Virus record (IMG/VR): IMGVR_UViG_3300042922_001182
Coordinates: 1-64,000 of that record
DNA length: 64,000 bases
Strand: one strand, 5' to 3'
Each line of letters begins with the position of its first letter. Position 1 is the first letter of the stretch. Made by a program: the position numbers and the translations under genes. The notes beneath the pieces were generated by a model that worked only from the letters and a program-made list of their open reading frames with translations, was not told the DNA's origin and did not search any database. Shown one piece after another: positions 35,534 to 45,258 of this stretch.

Positions 35534-36034
35534 CTAGCTCTGGCTGAGTTTACCCGGCCCGCCGCCCACGGGCGGGGGCATGACGATGGCTACCGCGACC
35601 CCGTCGTGGATGGCCCTGGCGACCTTCTTGCCCATGTCCTCCCTGGACGTCCCCTCGGCGGGGATGCTGGTGAAGATGGGTAGGAGGTTGGCGTTGACCG
35701 CCGCGATGACGAGTGCCGCAGAGGGGGCCGACGTTGCCCCCGTGGGCCCCACGCCAGCGCCGATGGCGGTGCCCACGGCCGCCGCGATGGCCATGGCCGT
35801 CAGGGTCCCACCTGCGGCGGTGGGGGTGGACCAGATGCCCGCCAGGGTACCGGCCAGCCCCGGGGTCCCGATGCCCGTCAGCGGCCCGTAGGCCCCAGGC
35901 GTCGTCGCCAGGCCGCCCAGCAGGTAGGTGTTGATCGGCCCCGCCCACCTGGCACCGGCGTCGACGGCGCTGTCGGGGAAGGACTTCACGGCGTTCACCA
36001 GCCCCGATTCGAGCTGGGAGTAGGATAGCGTCAC
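35534..36034 (-). CDS. Ala/Gly-rich structural protein downstream of the spike gene
   Basis: 166 aa; GAGGAG SD; operon position. Confidence 0.65.
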   Translation of the reverse strand: MTLSYSQLESGLVNAVKSFPDSAVDAGARWAGPINTYLLGGLATTPGAYGPLTGIGTPGLAGTLAGIWSTPTAAGGTLTAMAIAAAVGTAIGAGVGPTGATSAPSAALVIAAVNANLLPIFTSIPAEGTSREDMGKKVARAIHDGVAVAIVMPPPVGGGPGKLSQS

Positions 36035-36043
36035 TGTCTCCTC

Positions 36044-36847
36044 CTAGTTCACGACGTGCTTGGTCGAGAGGTGGGCCGCGCCGTTCATCGGGATCATCGG
36101 GGGGCTACTAGGGCCCATGGGGGTCATCACGGTCATGGCGTTGTACAGGGCCATGAAGGCGTCCCCCTTGACGATGTGCTCCGACGCCCCGCCGCCGACG
36201 TCCACCTTGTCGGACTTCAGCACCACGTCCTTCGACTCCACCACGGTCTTGGCGGCCACCACCGTCACGAGGCCCGGTTGGACCACCACGCTGGTCTTGT
36301 CGTCCAGGACGAAGAACAGCGTGGGCTTGCTCTCGTTGAAGTCGCACCCGATGATGGCCCCGTTGGGGAACTCCTCGATGATGTGGATCTTCGACCGCTT
36401 CTTCTCGTCGTCCCAGTTGGCCTTGACGGACTCCGGGAGGAGCTTGGCCGGGATGACCTGGCCCTTGCGGGTCATGGCCCTGGGGTCGTAGTAGCACTTG
36501 GAGGGGTCGCCGTCGAGGAAGATGACCGTGACCTCGGAGCCGAGCTGGGTGGGCCTGTACTCGCCCCCGACCACGACCTCGCCGTCGACGTACTGGTTCC
36601 ACATGGGCCTGGCCCAGTAGGCGTTCAGAGTCTTGACCGTCGAGTCCGAGCTGAGCTTCTCCTCGTTGACCGCGATACCGGGGTCCGCCGTCTCCTGCCC
36701 CGGTTTGAGCTCCTTGCCGACCTCGTAGGCGGGCATCAGGCTGGGGATGTAGACGGCGACCCTCCCCTCCTTGAGGGGGTCGTCCTGGGACACCACGATG
36801 CCCCTCTTGTAGCCCTCAAGGCAGGGCGGCTCGATATTGCTGCTCAT
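36044..36847 (-). CDS. gp5/VgrG-like baseplate central spike (OB-fold plus beta-helix)
   Basis: GIVVSQDDPLKEGRVAVYIP, GSEVTVIFLDGDP; C-terminal VKGD...TPMGPSSPP. Confidence 0.8.
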   Translation of the reverse strand: MSSNIEPPCLEGYKRGIVVSQDDPLKEGRVAVYIPSLMPAYEVGKELKPGQETADPGIAVNEEKLSSDSTVKTLNAYWARPMWNQYVDGEVVVGGEYRPTQLGSEVTVIFLDGDPSKCYYDPRAMTRKGQVIPAKLLPESVKANWDDEKKRSKIHIIEEFPNGAIIGCDFNESKPTLFFVLDDKTSVVVQPGLVTVVAAKTVVESKDVVLKSDKVDVGGGASEHIVKGDAFMALYNAMTVMTPMGPSSPPMIPMNGAAHLSTKHVVN

Positions 36848-36869
36848 GGCGCTCCTCCGTTACTATTCA

Positions 36870-36881
36870 CATGGGATTGTT
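36870..36881 (-). promoter_or_regulatory. Putative late promoter AACA-N6-TG heading the baseplate operon
   Basis: Minus strand AACAatcccaTG, 22 nt before ATG36847. Confidence 0.65.
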
Positions 36882-37049
36882 AGGCGGAGACCCCGCCCGA
36901 GGAGGCACCTGATTCGGCACCGGCGCGGCCCAGGGACCAGTCGGCGCTGGGGTTTACGCGGGAAATCCGGGCCGGAACCAGTGATTGAACCTCGCTCGGC
37001 GCGGGCGACCAGAGGTCCCGGCCAAGGAAACGACAGGAGAACCACCCAG

Positions 37050-38474
37050 ATGAGCATCATCTATTCGGAAGGCCAGCGGAAGGCCATTCACATCATCATC
37101 GACTTCTTCCGGGGCGTCCTGGATAAGCAGCTTATCACCATCGCTGGATACGCCGGTACGGGTAAGTCCACCATCATCATGGGGGCGCTCGACGAGGCCG
37201 GGGTGAACATCGAGGAGGTGGCATTCGTCGCCTTCACCGGCAAGGCCGCCCTCGTCCTCCGCAGGAAGGGGTGCCCCAACGCCTCCACCATCCACAAGAT
37301 CTGCTACGAGCTCAAGGAGTCCCAGGAGTGCATCAACCCGCAGCAGGTGGCTAGCGGCAAGGAGGAGGCCAAGTACCGGACGGTCATGAAGTTCGTCAAG
37401 CGGGCCGAGCTCCCCGACCCCCGGATCAAGGTCATCGTCGTCGACGAGTGCTCCATGGTCACGGCGGAGATGCTCCAGGACCTCATGAGCTTCGGCGCCC
37501 AGCTGATCCTCCTGGGCGACCCCGGCCAGCTCCCCCCGGTCGAGAAGGACGAGGACCGCAAGAAGGGCTCCTCGTGGGCCGTCGCGTCGCAGGGGAAGAC
37601 CGGCACCGACTACCTCAAGAGTCCCGACGTCTTCCTCACCGAGATCCACCGCCAGGCCGAGGGCGACCCCATCATCCACCTGTCCTTCCTGGCACGCACC
37701 GGGGGCTTCATCGACTTCGGGCGCTACGGCGAGAAGGCTGCGGTCATCCGCAAGAACGAGCTGGCGCTGATCGACAAGTGCATCGTCAAGGCGGGGCAGA
37801 TCCTCGTCACCAAGCACGACGACCGACACCTCTACAACCGCAGGATGCGCCACCTCCTCGGCAAGGACGAGTGCATCCTCCCGGACGCTGGCGACAAGCT
37901 CGTCTGCCGCCGCAACAACTGGCAGACCTCCATCGGAGGCGCGACCGACCTCTCCAACGACGCCTACTCGGCCTTCATGGAGGCGTACGCCGACTCCGGC
38001 TACGGCAGCGTGGAGGAGTGGACCCAGAGCCCCGAGTACCAGCAGTACCGGGCCGAGAGGGACGCCGTCAAGGTCGTGTCCTCCGGCAGGGAGGTCCTCC
38101 CCCTGATCAACGGCCTGATCGGCCACGCCGTAAACCCGGTGATGGACGACGACGTAGACGAGGGCAAGAGGACGATGCTGCTGGACTTCCAGCCCGAGGG
38201 CCGCGAGGACTACTTCAAGGGCCTCGTCGTCGACCTGAACACCTTCGACCCGCTGCCGGACAGCGCCGACTTCCACCGCAGGAGCAACTACCTCGGCGAC
38301 ACGATGATCAACCAGTTCGACTTCGGATACGCCCTGACGGTGCACACCTCCCAGGGCTCCGAGTGGGACAACGTCTTCTTCCACTACTCCCCCTGGGGTG
38401 ACGCGGACATGCGTAAGAAGATGCTGTACACCGCCATCACCCGCGCCTCCAAGCGCTTCATCATGGCCAAGTAA
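37050..38474 (+). CDS. RecD/Dda-like SF1B helicase
   Basis: ATG37050 after AGGAG; GYAGTGKS, VDECSM, GDPGQLPPV, HRQ, TVHTSQGSE, YTAITRA. Confidence 0.9.
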   Translation: MSIIYSEGQRKAIHIIIDFFRGVLDKQLITIAGYAGTGKSTIIMGALDEAGVNIEEVAFVAFTGKAALVLRRKGCPNASTIHKICYELKESQECINPQQVASGKEEAKYRTVMKFVKRAELPDPRIKVIVVDECSMVTAEMLQDLMSFGAQLILLGDPGQLPPVEKDEDRKKGSSWAVASQGKTGTDYLKSPDVFLTEIHRQAEGDPIIHLSFLARTGGFIDFGRYGEKAAVIRKNELALIDKCIVKAGQILVTKHDDRHLYNRRMRHLLGKDECILPDAGDKLVCRRNNWQTSIGGATDLSNDAYSAFMEAYADSGYGSVEEWTQSPEYQQYRAERDAVKVVSSGREVLPLINGLIGHAVNPVMDDDVDEGKRTMLLDFQPEGREDYFKGLVVDLNTFDPLPDSADFHRRSNYLGDTMINQFDFGYALTVHTSQGSEWDNVFFHYSPWGDADMRKKMLYTAITRASKRFIMAK

Positions 38475-39335
<861 letters not shown>

Positions 39336-39407
39336 CGGGCGACCTCACCTGAGGTCTGTCTTGAGGAATGGCGCGTCGTCCCGATTTGGACGCCGCGCCT
39401 AGCCTTT

Positions 39408-39607
39408 TTTGGGATCGCAGCCGACTTTTCGGCTAGGGAAGCGGGCAACGAAACCATCGTGCAGCCGCCGCGTTCCCTTGGGATGACAGCCACTCCGGGA
39501 GAGCGGCCTCCGTCCCCCACCGCAGGCCCGCCCGAAGTTACACCCCGATGGCACCCGCAGAAAGCGCCGGGTCATGGGCGCCATCGCAGACCAATACGAT
39601 ACCCAAA
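39408..39607 (+). ncRNA. Candidate structured leader RNA upstream of the nrdJ operon
   Basis: Closing stem 39408-39417/39597-39607 encloses four hairpin arms; no convincing ORF. Confidence 0.45.
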
Positions 39608-39623
39608 CCCGGCAGAAAGGCTT

Positions 39624-40106
39624 ATGACGATGAAAGTGTACGCCGCCCTGAGGACCGACTTCTCTGTCGTCTCCCACGGCTTGCTTGAGGTGGCCATGGT
39701 GACCGAGCACGGAGACAAGCTGTCGCTCAGCTGCTCGGAGGACGCATCCGCGAAGGCCCCCTCCTCCTGCGAGTACAACTCCCTCATCCCCGGGGTCGGC
39801 CAGCGCAAGGACGTGGCCGAGTTCCTCCGCGACAGCGGCGAGGACTCCCACTACTTCGCCCTCCTCTCGTGGCTTCTCTGCCAGTGGATGGGCTCCTTCC
39901 GAGCCCCTGAGCTGATCTTCGCCACCACCGAGGAGGCCAACCAGTTCAAGGTGATCTTCAACAGCGCCTTCGGGCTCTACGGCGCACAGCCGAAATCGGT
40001 GTCCTCGCTCCCCGACCGCGCCAATGACATGGGGAGCAATACCCTCGGCCGGGCGCAGGAAGCGCGGCTCTCCCACCACGCCCTGAGCATGATGGCCCAG
40101 GGCTAA
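39624..40106 (+). CDS. Hypothetical protein; probable catalytically dead paralog of the upstream DEDDh exonuclease
   Basis: AGAAAGG SD; LLEVAMVTEHG aligns with [11 protein letters not shown]; NTLGRA aligns with NALHDA. Confidence 0.6.
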   Translation: MTMKVYAALRTDFSVVSHGLLEVAMVTEHGDKLSLSCSEDASAKAPSSCEYNSLIPGVGQRKDVAEFLRDSGEDSHYFALLSWLLCQWMGSFRAPELIFATTEEANQFKVIFNSAFGLYGAQPKSVSSLPDRANDMGSNTLGRAQEARLSHHALSMMAQG

Positions 40107-40124
40107 GACAGAAGGGAAAACACA

Positions 40125-40373
40125 GTGACCAACGACCAGATCCAGCACGTCCTCTCCGAGAATAATCTCACACAAGTCGACGAGCTTTCTTCCTTCCGGG
40201 TTACCTCCAAGACCACCTACATCCGTGGTATCGATTGGAAGTCCGGGACCCTCGTCTACGACAGCACCAAGCTCCTGATCAAGATGCCCGACCGCGAGCG
40301 AGCCGGACGCTTCATCTACATCCCCCTCGACCAGATCGAGGCCATCGCCGTGACGCCTGCTGCGGAAGCGTAG
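40125..40373 (+). CDS. Hypothetical protein
   Basis: 82 aa; GTG start after AAGGG; operon position. Confidence 0.7.
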   Translation: MTNDQIQHVLSENNLTQVDELSSFRVTSKTTYIRGIDWKSGTLVYDSTKLLIKMPDRERAGRFIYIPLDQIEAIAVTPAAEA

Positions 40374-40409
40374 ACGCCCTCCTCCGAGATATAGAAAGGC
40401 TGCACCACA

Positions 40410-43004
40410 ATGGTCCTCCAACCCAAAGCCCAAGCCCAGCTCCCCACCCTGTCGGATCTGGTCGACGGCCTCCGTGAGCCCGTCTCGTTCGAGAGCGTCC
40501 GCCACCTCACAGCAGAGCAGGTCTTCGACGGCGACACGTTCGCTATCGACGCCTTCACCCGCAAGTACTCCCACAAGGTCAGCATGTTCTTCGGCCCCCT
40601 CGGCCAGTGCCCCCTTCCCGACGTCACCTACGAGGACGAGCGCAAGGAGACCCCCGCCGAGGCGATGCTCCGCGTCGCCTACGCCGCCGCCGCCGTCGAG
40701 ACCGACGAGGAGCGCCGTCGCCACGCCCTGGCCTTCTGGTTCGACATGCTCTGGAACCGCATGATGGTCCCCGGCGGTCGCCCCTACTACGGCCTCGGCA
40801 CCCTCACCCGCAAGATCTCCCTGATCAACTGCACCACCGTGGGCGCTAAGCCCGACACCCTTGAGGGCATCTTCGAGATGGGCTTCGAGGTGGCGAAGGT
40901 CGAGTCCCGTGGCGAGGGCGTCGGTGCCGACATCACCGGCTTCCGCCCCAAGGGCATGGCCACCAACAACGCCGCCAAGACCACCAGCGGCGCCGTCCAC
41001 TGGGGCGAGATCGCGGACTGGTCCACCGGGGCCATTAGCCAGGAGGGCCGACGCGGCGCCCTGCTGCTGTCCATCGGCGGTCGCCACCCCGAGGCGTACG
41101 GCGGCTTCATCACGGTCAAGAGCGAGGAAGGCAAGATCATCAACGCCAACATCTCGATCAAGATCGACGACGAGATGATGCAGGCGTACGAGAGCGGCGA
41201 GACCATCGAGCTGTACTGGGACGACGAGGACGGCGTTCGCCACTCGTTCGGCCACGTCGACATGCGCGAGTACATGGGCAAGATCGCCTCCAACGCCCGC
41301 GACTACGCCGAGCCCGGCGTCCTCTTCTGGACGACGGCCCAGCTGTACTCCAACTCCGACGCCCTGGGCGACCCCCGTTGGGAGATCGTCGGCGTCAACG
41401 CCTGCTCCGAGCAGCCCCTCAACCACCTGGGTCAGTGCACCCTGGCCCACCAGAACTGGGGCACCCTGCCCACCAGCCTGGAGCTCGCCAAGCGCGAGGC
41501 CTTCCTGCGCTCGTACTACGTCCACTGGTTCCTCGACAACGTCGTGCAGCTCCAGATCGACGAGGAGCGCTACGCCCTCCCCGAGCAGCTGGAGTCCCTG
41601 GTGGCCCTCCGCCGCGTCGGCGTCGGCTACACCGGCGTCGCGGACATCCTCATCCGCATGGGCGTCCCCTACGACAGCGAGGAGGGCATCGCCATCGCCG
41701 AGGAGCTGGCCCGCGAGCACTGCCGTGGCGCCTACCGTTCGTCGGTGGACCTTGGCAAGCTGAAGGGCCCCTTCCCGGCCAACAACCCCAACATCAAGAA
41801 CAGCCTCTTCATCCAGGCGATGCTCGAAGAGGGCATCCTGACGGAGGAGGACCTCCCCTGGCTCCGCAACGTGTGCAGCCTGACGGTGGCCCCCACCGGC
41901 ACCGGCTCGCTCATGGTCCAGACCTACGGCTCCGGCTGCGAGCCCGGCTTCGGCTTCTGGATGTACCGCCGCCAGCGCACCTCCGGCCAGTACATGTGGT
42001 ACTTCAAGGTCGACCCGTTCGTCAAGCGCAACTGCGAGATGCTGACCGGCCTCCCCTGGCCCTTCACCAACGAGCAGGAGAACGACGAGGCGTACGAGGA
42101 GCAGATCAAGCAGTGGCTCGACTCCCACATCGACCCCACCGTCGTCCGCCCCGCCAAGTACGTCGACTCCAACATGAAGCTGCGCCTCATGGGCAAGCTC
42201 CAGAAGTACATCGACTCCGCCATCTCGGTCACCTTCAACCTGGTGGACGCGACGGTCGAGGACGTGGAGCGAATCTACGTCGAGGCCTGGAAGCAGAAGC
42301 TCAAGGGCTGCTCGGTGTACATCTACAACGACAAGAACCGCGAGCCCATCATCCAGTGGGTCCGCCCCATCACCTACAACTTCGCCCCGAAGTCGGCCCC
42401 GCCCGCGACCCCGGTCCCGGCGTTCGACCCCGAGGAGGTCACCGGCTGCGTCCTGTTCACCCAGGAGGAGCGGGCCCGGTACGAGGCGTCCAAGCGCCCC
42501 GACCGCCTGAAGGCCGAGACCATCATCCGCAAGGGCGAGGGCAAGAAGTGGTACTTCACCCTCTCCACCGACGACAGCGGCAAGCTCGCCGAGGTCTTCG
42601 TCAACACCTCCGACGAGGAAGAGGAGCACACGTTCCCCGACGTCGTCCTTGAGCACGTCGTCGACACGATGCGCCAGCACGGCATCCCGACCGGCGTCAT
42701 CGCCAGCCAGATGAGGAAGTCCGTCAAGGAACGCGACTACATCCGCCTCTCCCGCATGATCTCGATCTCGCTGCGCTGGGGCGTCCTCGCGTTCGACGTG
42801 GTCCAGAGCCTTCGGGCCGGTGCGGAGCGCGACGGCGGCCTGCGGGTCGGCACCCTACTGTTCCACCTGGTCCACCTGCTGGAGGAGCACGTCACCCTGC
42901 CCGAGGGCTACTCGCTCAAGTGCAACGAGTGCAAATCGACCAACCTCCTCTTCAAGGGCGGTTGCCATGAGTGCGCGGACTGTGGCAGCCAGAAGTGCGG
43001 CTAG
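40410..43004 (+). CDS. nrdJ: Ribonucleotide reductase, class II (adenosylcobalamin-dependent)
   Basis: LINCT, NACSEQ (NPCxE variant), VAPTGT, IDSAIS; C-terminal TSCPD-like region and CxxC...CxxC...KCG; no nrdB adjacent. Confidence 0.88.
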   Translation: MVLQPKAQAQLPTLSDLVDGLREPVSFESVRHLTAEQVFDGDTFAIDAFTRKYSHKVSMFFGPLGQCPLPDVTYEDERKETPAEAMLRVAYAAAAVETDEERRRHALAFWFDMLWNRMMVPGGRPYYGLGTLTRKISLINCTTVGAKPDTLEGIFEMGFEVAKVESRGEGVGADITGFRPKGMATNNAAKTTSGAVHWGEIADWSTGAISQEGRRGALLLSIGGRHPEAYGGFITVKSEEGKIINANISIKIDDEMMQAYESGETIELYWDDEDGVRHSFGHVDMREYMGKIASNARDYAEPGVLFWTTAQLYSNSDALGDPRWEIVGVNACSEQPLNHLGQCTLAHQNWGTLPTSLELAKREAFLRSYYVHWFLDNVVQLQIDEERYALPEQLESLVALRRVGVGYTGVADILIRMGVPYDSEEGIAIAEELAREHCRGAYRSSVDLGKLKGPFPANNPNIKNSLFIQAMLEEGILTEEDLPWLRNVCSLTVAPTGTGSLMVQTYGSGCEPGFGFWMYRRQRTSGQYMWYFKVDPFVKRNCEMLTGLPWPFTNEQENDEAYEEQIKQWLDSHIDPTVVRPAKYVDSNMKLRLMGKLQKYIDSAISVTFNLVDATVEDVERIYVEAWKQKLKGCSVYIYNDKNREPIIQWVRPITYNFAPKSAPPATPVPAFDPEEVTGCVLFTQEERARYEASKRPDRLKAETIIRKGEGKKWYFTLSTDDSGKLAEVFVNTSDEEEEHTFPDVVLEHVVDTMRQHGIPTGVIASQMRKSVKERDYIRLSRMISISLRWGVLAFDVVQSLRAGAERDGGLRVGTLLFHLVHLLEEHVTLPEGYSLKCNECKSTNLLFKGGCHECADCGSQKCG

Positions 43005-43323
43005 GTTCGTAGCGACGCACGGCCTGTCCTCCCATCGGCTCTACCCCAGGTGGAAGTCGATGATGGACAGGTGCTACAAGCCAAATCACATCTACTACAA
43101 GCGGTACGGGGCTCGCGGGATAACCGTCGAGCCCTTCCTCCAGGACGTGGTGAACTACATACAGTACATCACAACTCTGCCCAGATACGACGAGCTCCTG
43201 GACGGTGCCGTCCTGGAGGTGGACCGCATCGACAACAACGGGAACTACGCAAGGGGGAACCTGCGCTTCGCCACCAAGTCGGAGAACAGGCTCAACCAGA
43301 TGAAACGAGAGACGGATCTCTGA
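42967..43323 (+). CDS. HNH-type homing endonuclease-like protein overlapping the nrdJ 3' end
   Basis: THGLS..RLY..W..M..RC...YGARGI and VDRIDNNGNY..GNLRFAT motifs; in-frame ATG at 42967. Confidence 0.75.
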   Translation: MSARTVAARSAARFVATHGLSSHRLYPRWKSMMDRCYKPNHIYYKRYGARGITVEPFLQDVVNYIQYITTLPRYDELLDGAVLEVDRIDNNGNYARGNLRFATKSENRLNQMKRETDL

Positions 43324-43328
43324 CACAC

Positions 43329-43356
43329 GGGACCTACCCTGCGAGGGGTAGGTCCC
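43329..43356 (+). terminator. Hairpin with GCGA loop after the HNH gene
   Basis: GGGACCTACCCT-gcga-GGGGTAGGTCCC. Confidence 0.6.
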
Positions 43357-43377
43357 CTTCCAAACAGAGGAGAAAGA

Positions 43378-43719
43378 ATGCTGTTCAACCAACCCAACCA
43401 GGGCGGTAGGCTCATCCTGCCCGGTGCCCACATCGAGCACCCCACCGGTAAGACCGTGTCCATCAACCTCGTCCTGCCCCCGGGCGTGGAGCCCCCCGAG
43501 AAGATCGACGCCGAGACGGCGGCCGTCCTGGCTTTCCAGGCCTTCAACTTCCAGGCCATCGTGGAGTACGCGGTCAACGAGGCCGTCCTGGCCGAGAGGG
43601 AGGCGTGCGCCAAGCTGATCGAGGGCCACCCGGCGGCCTCCTCCGCCAGCACCTCGACCGCCGTGGCAAGGTTGGCCGAGGCCATCCGCCAGCGCGTCCA
43701 GCCGGAGGAGGTCCAATGA
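43378..43719 (+). CDS. Hypothetical protein
   Basis: GAGGAG SD; AEREACAKL motif common in phage early proteins. Confidence 0.75.
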   Translation: MLFNQPNQGGRLILPGAHIEHPTGKTVSINLVLPPGVEPPEKIDAETAAVLAFQAFNFQAIVEYAVNEAVLAEREACAKLIEGHPAASSASTSTAVARLAEAIRQRVQPEEVQ

Positions 43720-44048
43720 TCGAGGGTATCCAGGTCGGCTTCCCACTGGGTAAGATGGTCCTCCGAGTGAAGGGCAACACCATCGCCGGGGAATGCCCCA
43801 TGGGCCCGGTTAGCGGCACGCTGTCGGACGAGGGTGTACTCCTGGAGGGCCGTGGGTTCAGCGTCCGCCTGACCCTGGAGGAGTTCGCCCTGCTCGCCGG
43901 GAACAAGCTCATGTACGACGCCTCCTGGAAGATCGCGGAGACCAAGCTGAGCGAGCTTCCGTTCCGCAACCAGCTCTTCATGACCTTCAGGCAGGGCGCG
44001 GAATTCCTGGCGAAGAAACTTAGGAGGATCTCCGGCTATGATCATTAA
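43716..44048 (+). CDS. Hypothetical protein
   Basis: ATGA overlap; GGAGG SD. Confidence 0.7.
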   Translation: MIEGIQVGFPLGKMVLRVKGNTIAGECPMGPVSGTLSDEGVLLEGRGFSVRLTLEEFALLAGNKLMYDASWKIAETKLSELPFRNQLFMTFRQGAEFLAKKLRRISGYDH

Positions 44049-44757
44049 GAACGTCGACACCAAGGGCAAGCGCTACGCCGACATCACCCACCTGTTCGGG
44101 GAGCGCCTGGTCACCATCAACGGCCACATGGCGGTGGACCTCCACGCGGCCAACAAGCAGAAGCACGAGGGGCGCGGTCGCGCCAAGTGCGTCACCTTCC
44201 ACTGGCTGGCGACCGACTGGGACTGCGCCTACGACGACTACGACTACGTCATCGTCTTCTGCTCGAAGACCCGCAAGGTCTACGTCCTCAAGTGCGTGAA
44301 GAGCGGCGACAAGCCTCAGCACTGCTGGGGCCGCAACAGCAACACCATCGCCATCGGCCTAGCCGGTATGCACGGCGCGAGCGGCCCCAACGCCCTCGGC
44401 CGCTACGCCATCCAGGACGAGCAGCTCTGGATCGCCGCCCAGCTGGCCGGTGAGATCTGCGCTATGAAGGGCATCGACCCCCACCAGCTGGTCGAGATGC
44501 CCGAGCTCAAGTGCAACAGGGCGCAGACCGTGATCAGCCCGACCGGCAAGACCATCATGGTCCCCGCGATCAACGACCACGCCCTGTTCGCCAAGCACGA
44601 CGGCTACGGCAACGCCCGCTGGGACTGCACCCCCTACATCGCCAAGCTCCGCAAGGACGCCACCCGCGTCTACGACGAGCTGAAGGGCGCGTCCAAGGGA
44701 GTCAAGAAGCTGGGCACCGACGACGCCCGCTCCTTCGAGTTCGCCGAGATCCTGTGA
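44038..44757 (+). CDS. N-acetylmuramoyl-L-alanine amidase (amidase-2-like)
   Basis: VTFHW, HCWGRNSNTIAIGL, DEQL, NDHA, RWD motifs. Confidence 0.7.
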   Translation: MIIKNVDTKGKRYADITHLFGERLVTINGHMAVDLHAANKQKHEGRGRAKCVTFHWLATDWDCAYDDYDYVIVFCSKTRKVYVLKCVKSGDKPQHCWGRNSNTIAIGLAGMHGASGPNALGRYAIQDEQLWIAAQLAGEICAMKGIDPHQLVEMPELKCNRAQTVISPTGKTIMVPAINDHALFAKHDGYGNARWDCTPYIAKLRKDATRVYDELKGASKGVKKLGTDDARSFEFAEIL

Positions 44758-44797
44758 TCCCGATGCCCCATCCCCGCCAGGGGATGGGGCGTTCGAC

Positions 44798-44807
44798 CAC
44801 ATATTAT
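44798..44807 (+). promoter_or_regulatory. Putative phage early promoter CACATATTAT
   Basis: Exact motif just after hairpin 44765-44790. Confidence 0.65.
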
Positions 44808-44838
44808 AGGGGTGCACCCATCAGAAAGGAGTGGAACC

Positions 44839-45258
44839 TTGATCCACATTCTCAGCTCCGGTGACGCCGCCACGCTGCTAGTGGAGAAGCGCGTCGACAA
44901 GGCGCTCATGCTTGAGGAGATGGAGCTCCGTCAGAGAATCTCCTTCAACACCGACAAGCTGGACGGCCTCCGGACCATCATCTTCGACAGCCAGGAGGAG
45001 TTCTCCACCTTCCGCTGCTGGACCGAGGACCCCGACAAGGAGATCATCTACGAGGCCATCGAGGACGCCGGTAACGGGAAGTTCACCAGAATCCGGGCCT
45101 ACGTCCAGAGGGTCGGCAACGTCCACTACATCGTCAGGGCCAACGATATCGAGGCCAAGCTATCGGTCTTCTTCAACCTCCATCACGCCTCTCGGAGCCC
45201 CATGTGGCGGGCCCTGGCAGCGAATTGCACCCTCAAGGGCCTGCCCGAGCCCGACTAG
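44839..45258 (+). CDS. Hypothetical protein
   Basis: TTG start after AAAGGAG; codon bias. Confidence 0.7.
   Translation: MIHILSSGDAATLLVEKRVDKALMLEEMELRQRISFNTDKLDGLRTIIFDSQEEFSTFRCWTEDPDKEIIYEAIEDAGNGKFTRIRAYVQRVGNVHYIVRANDIEAKLSVFFNLHHASRSPMWRALAANCTLKGLPEPD

Noticed and set aside
39408-39607. Canonical cobalamin riboswitch or hammerhead ribozyme call
   Set aside because: Only scattered words match; the T-loop and ACTGT core and the CTGANGA core are absent, so it is kept as an unassigned structured RNA
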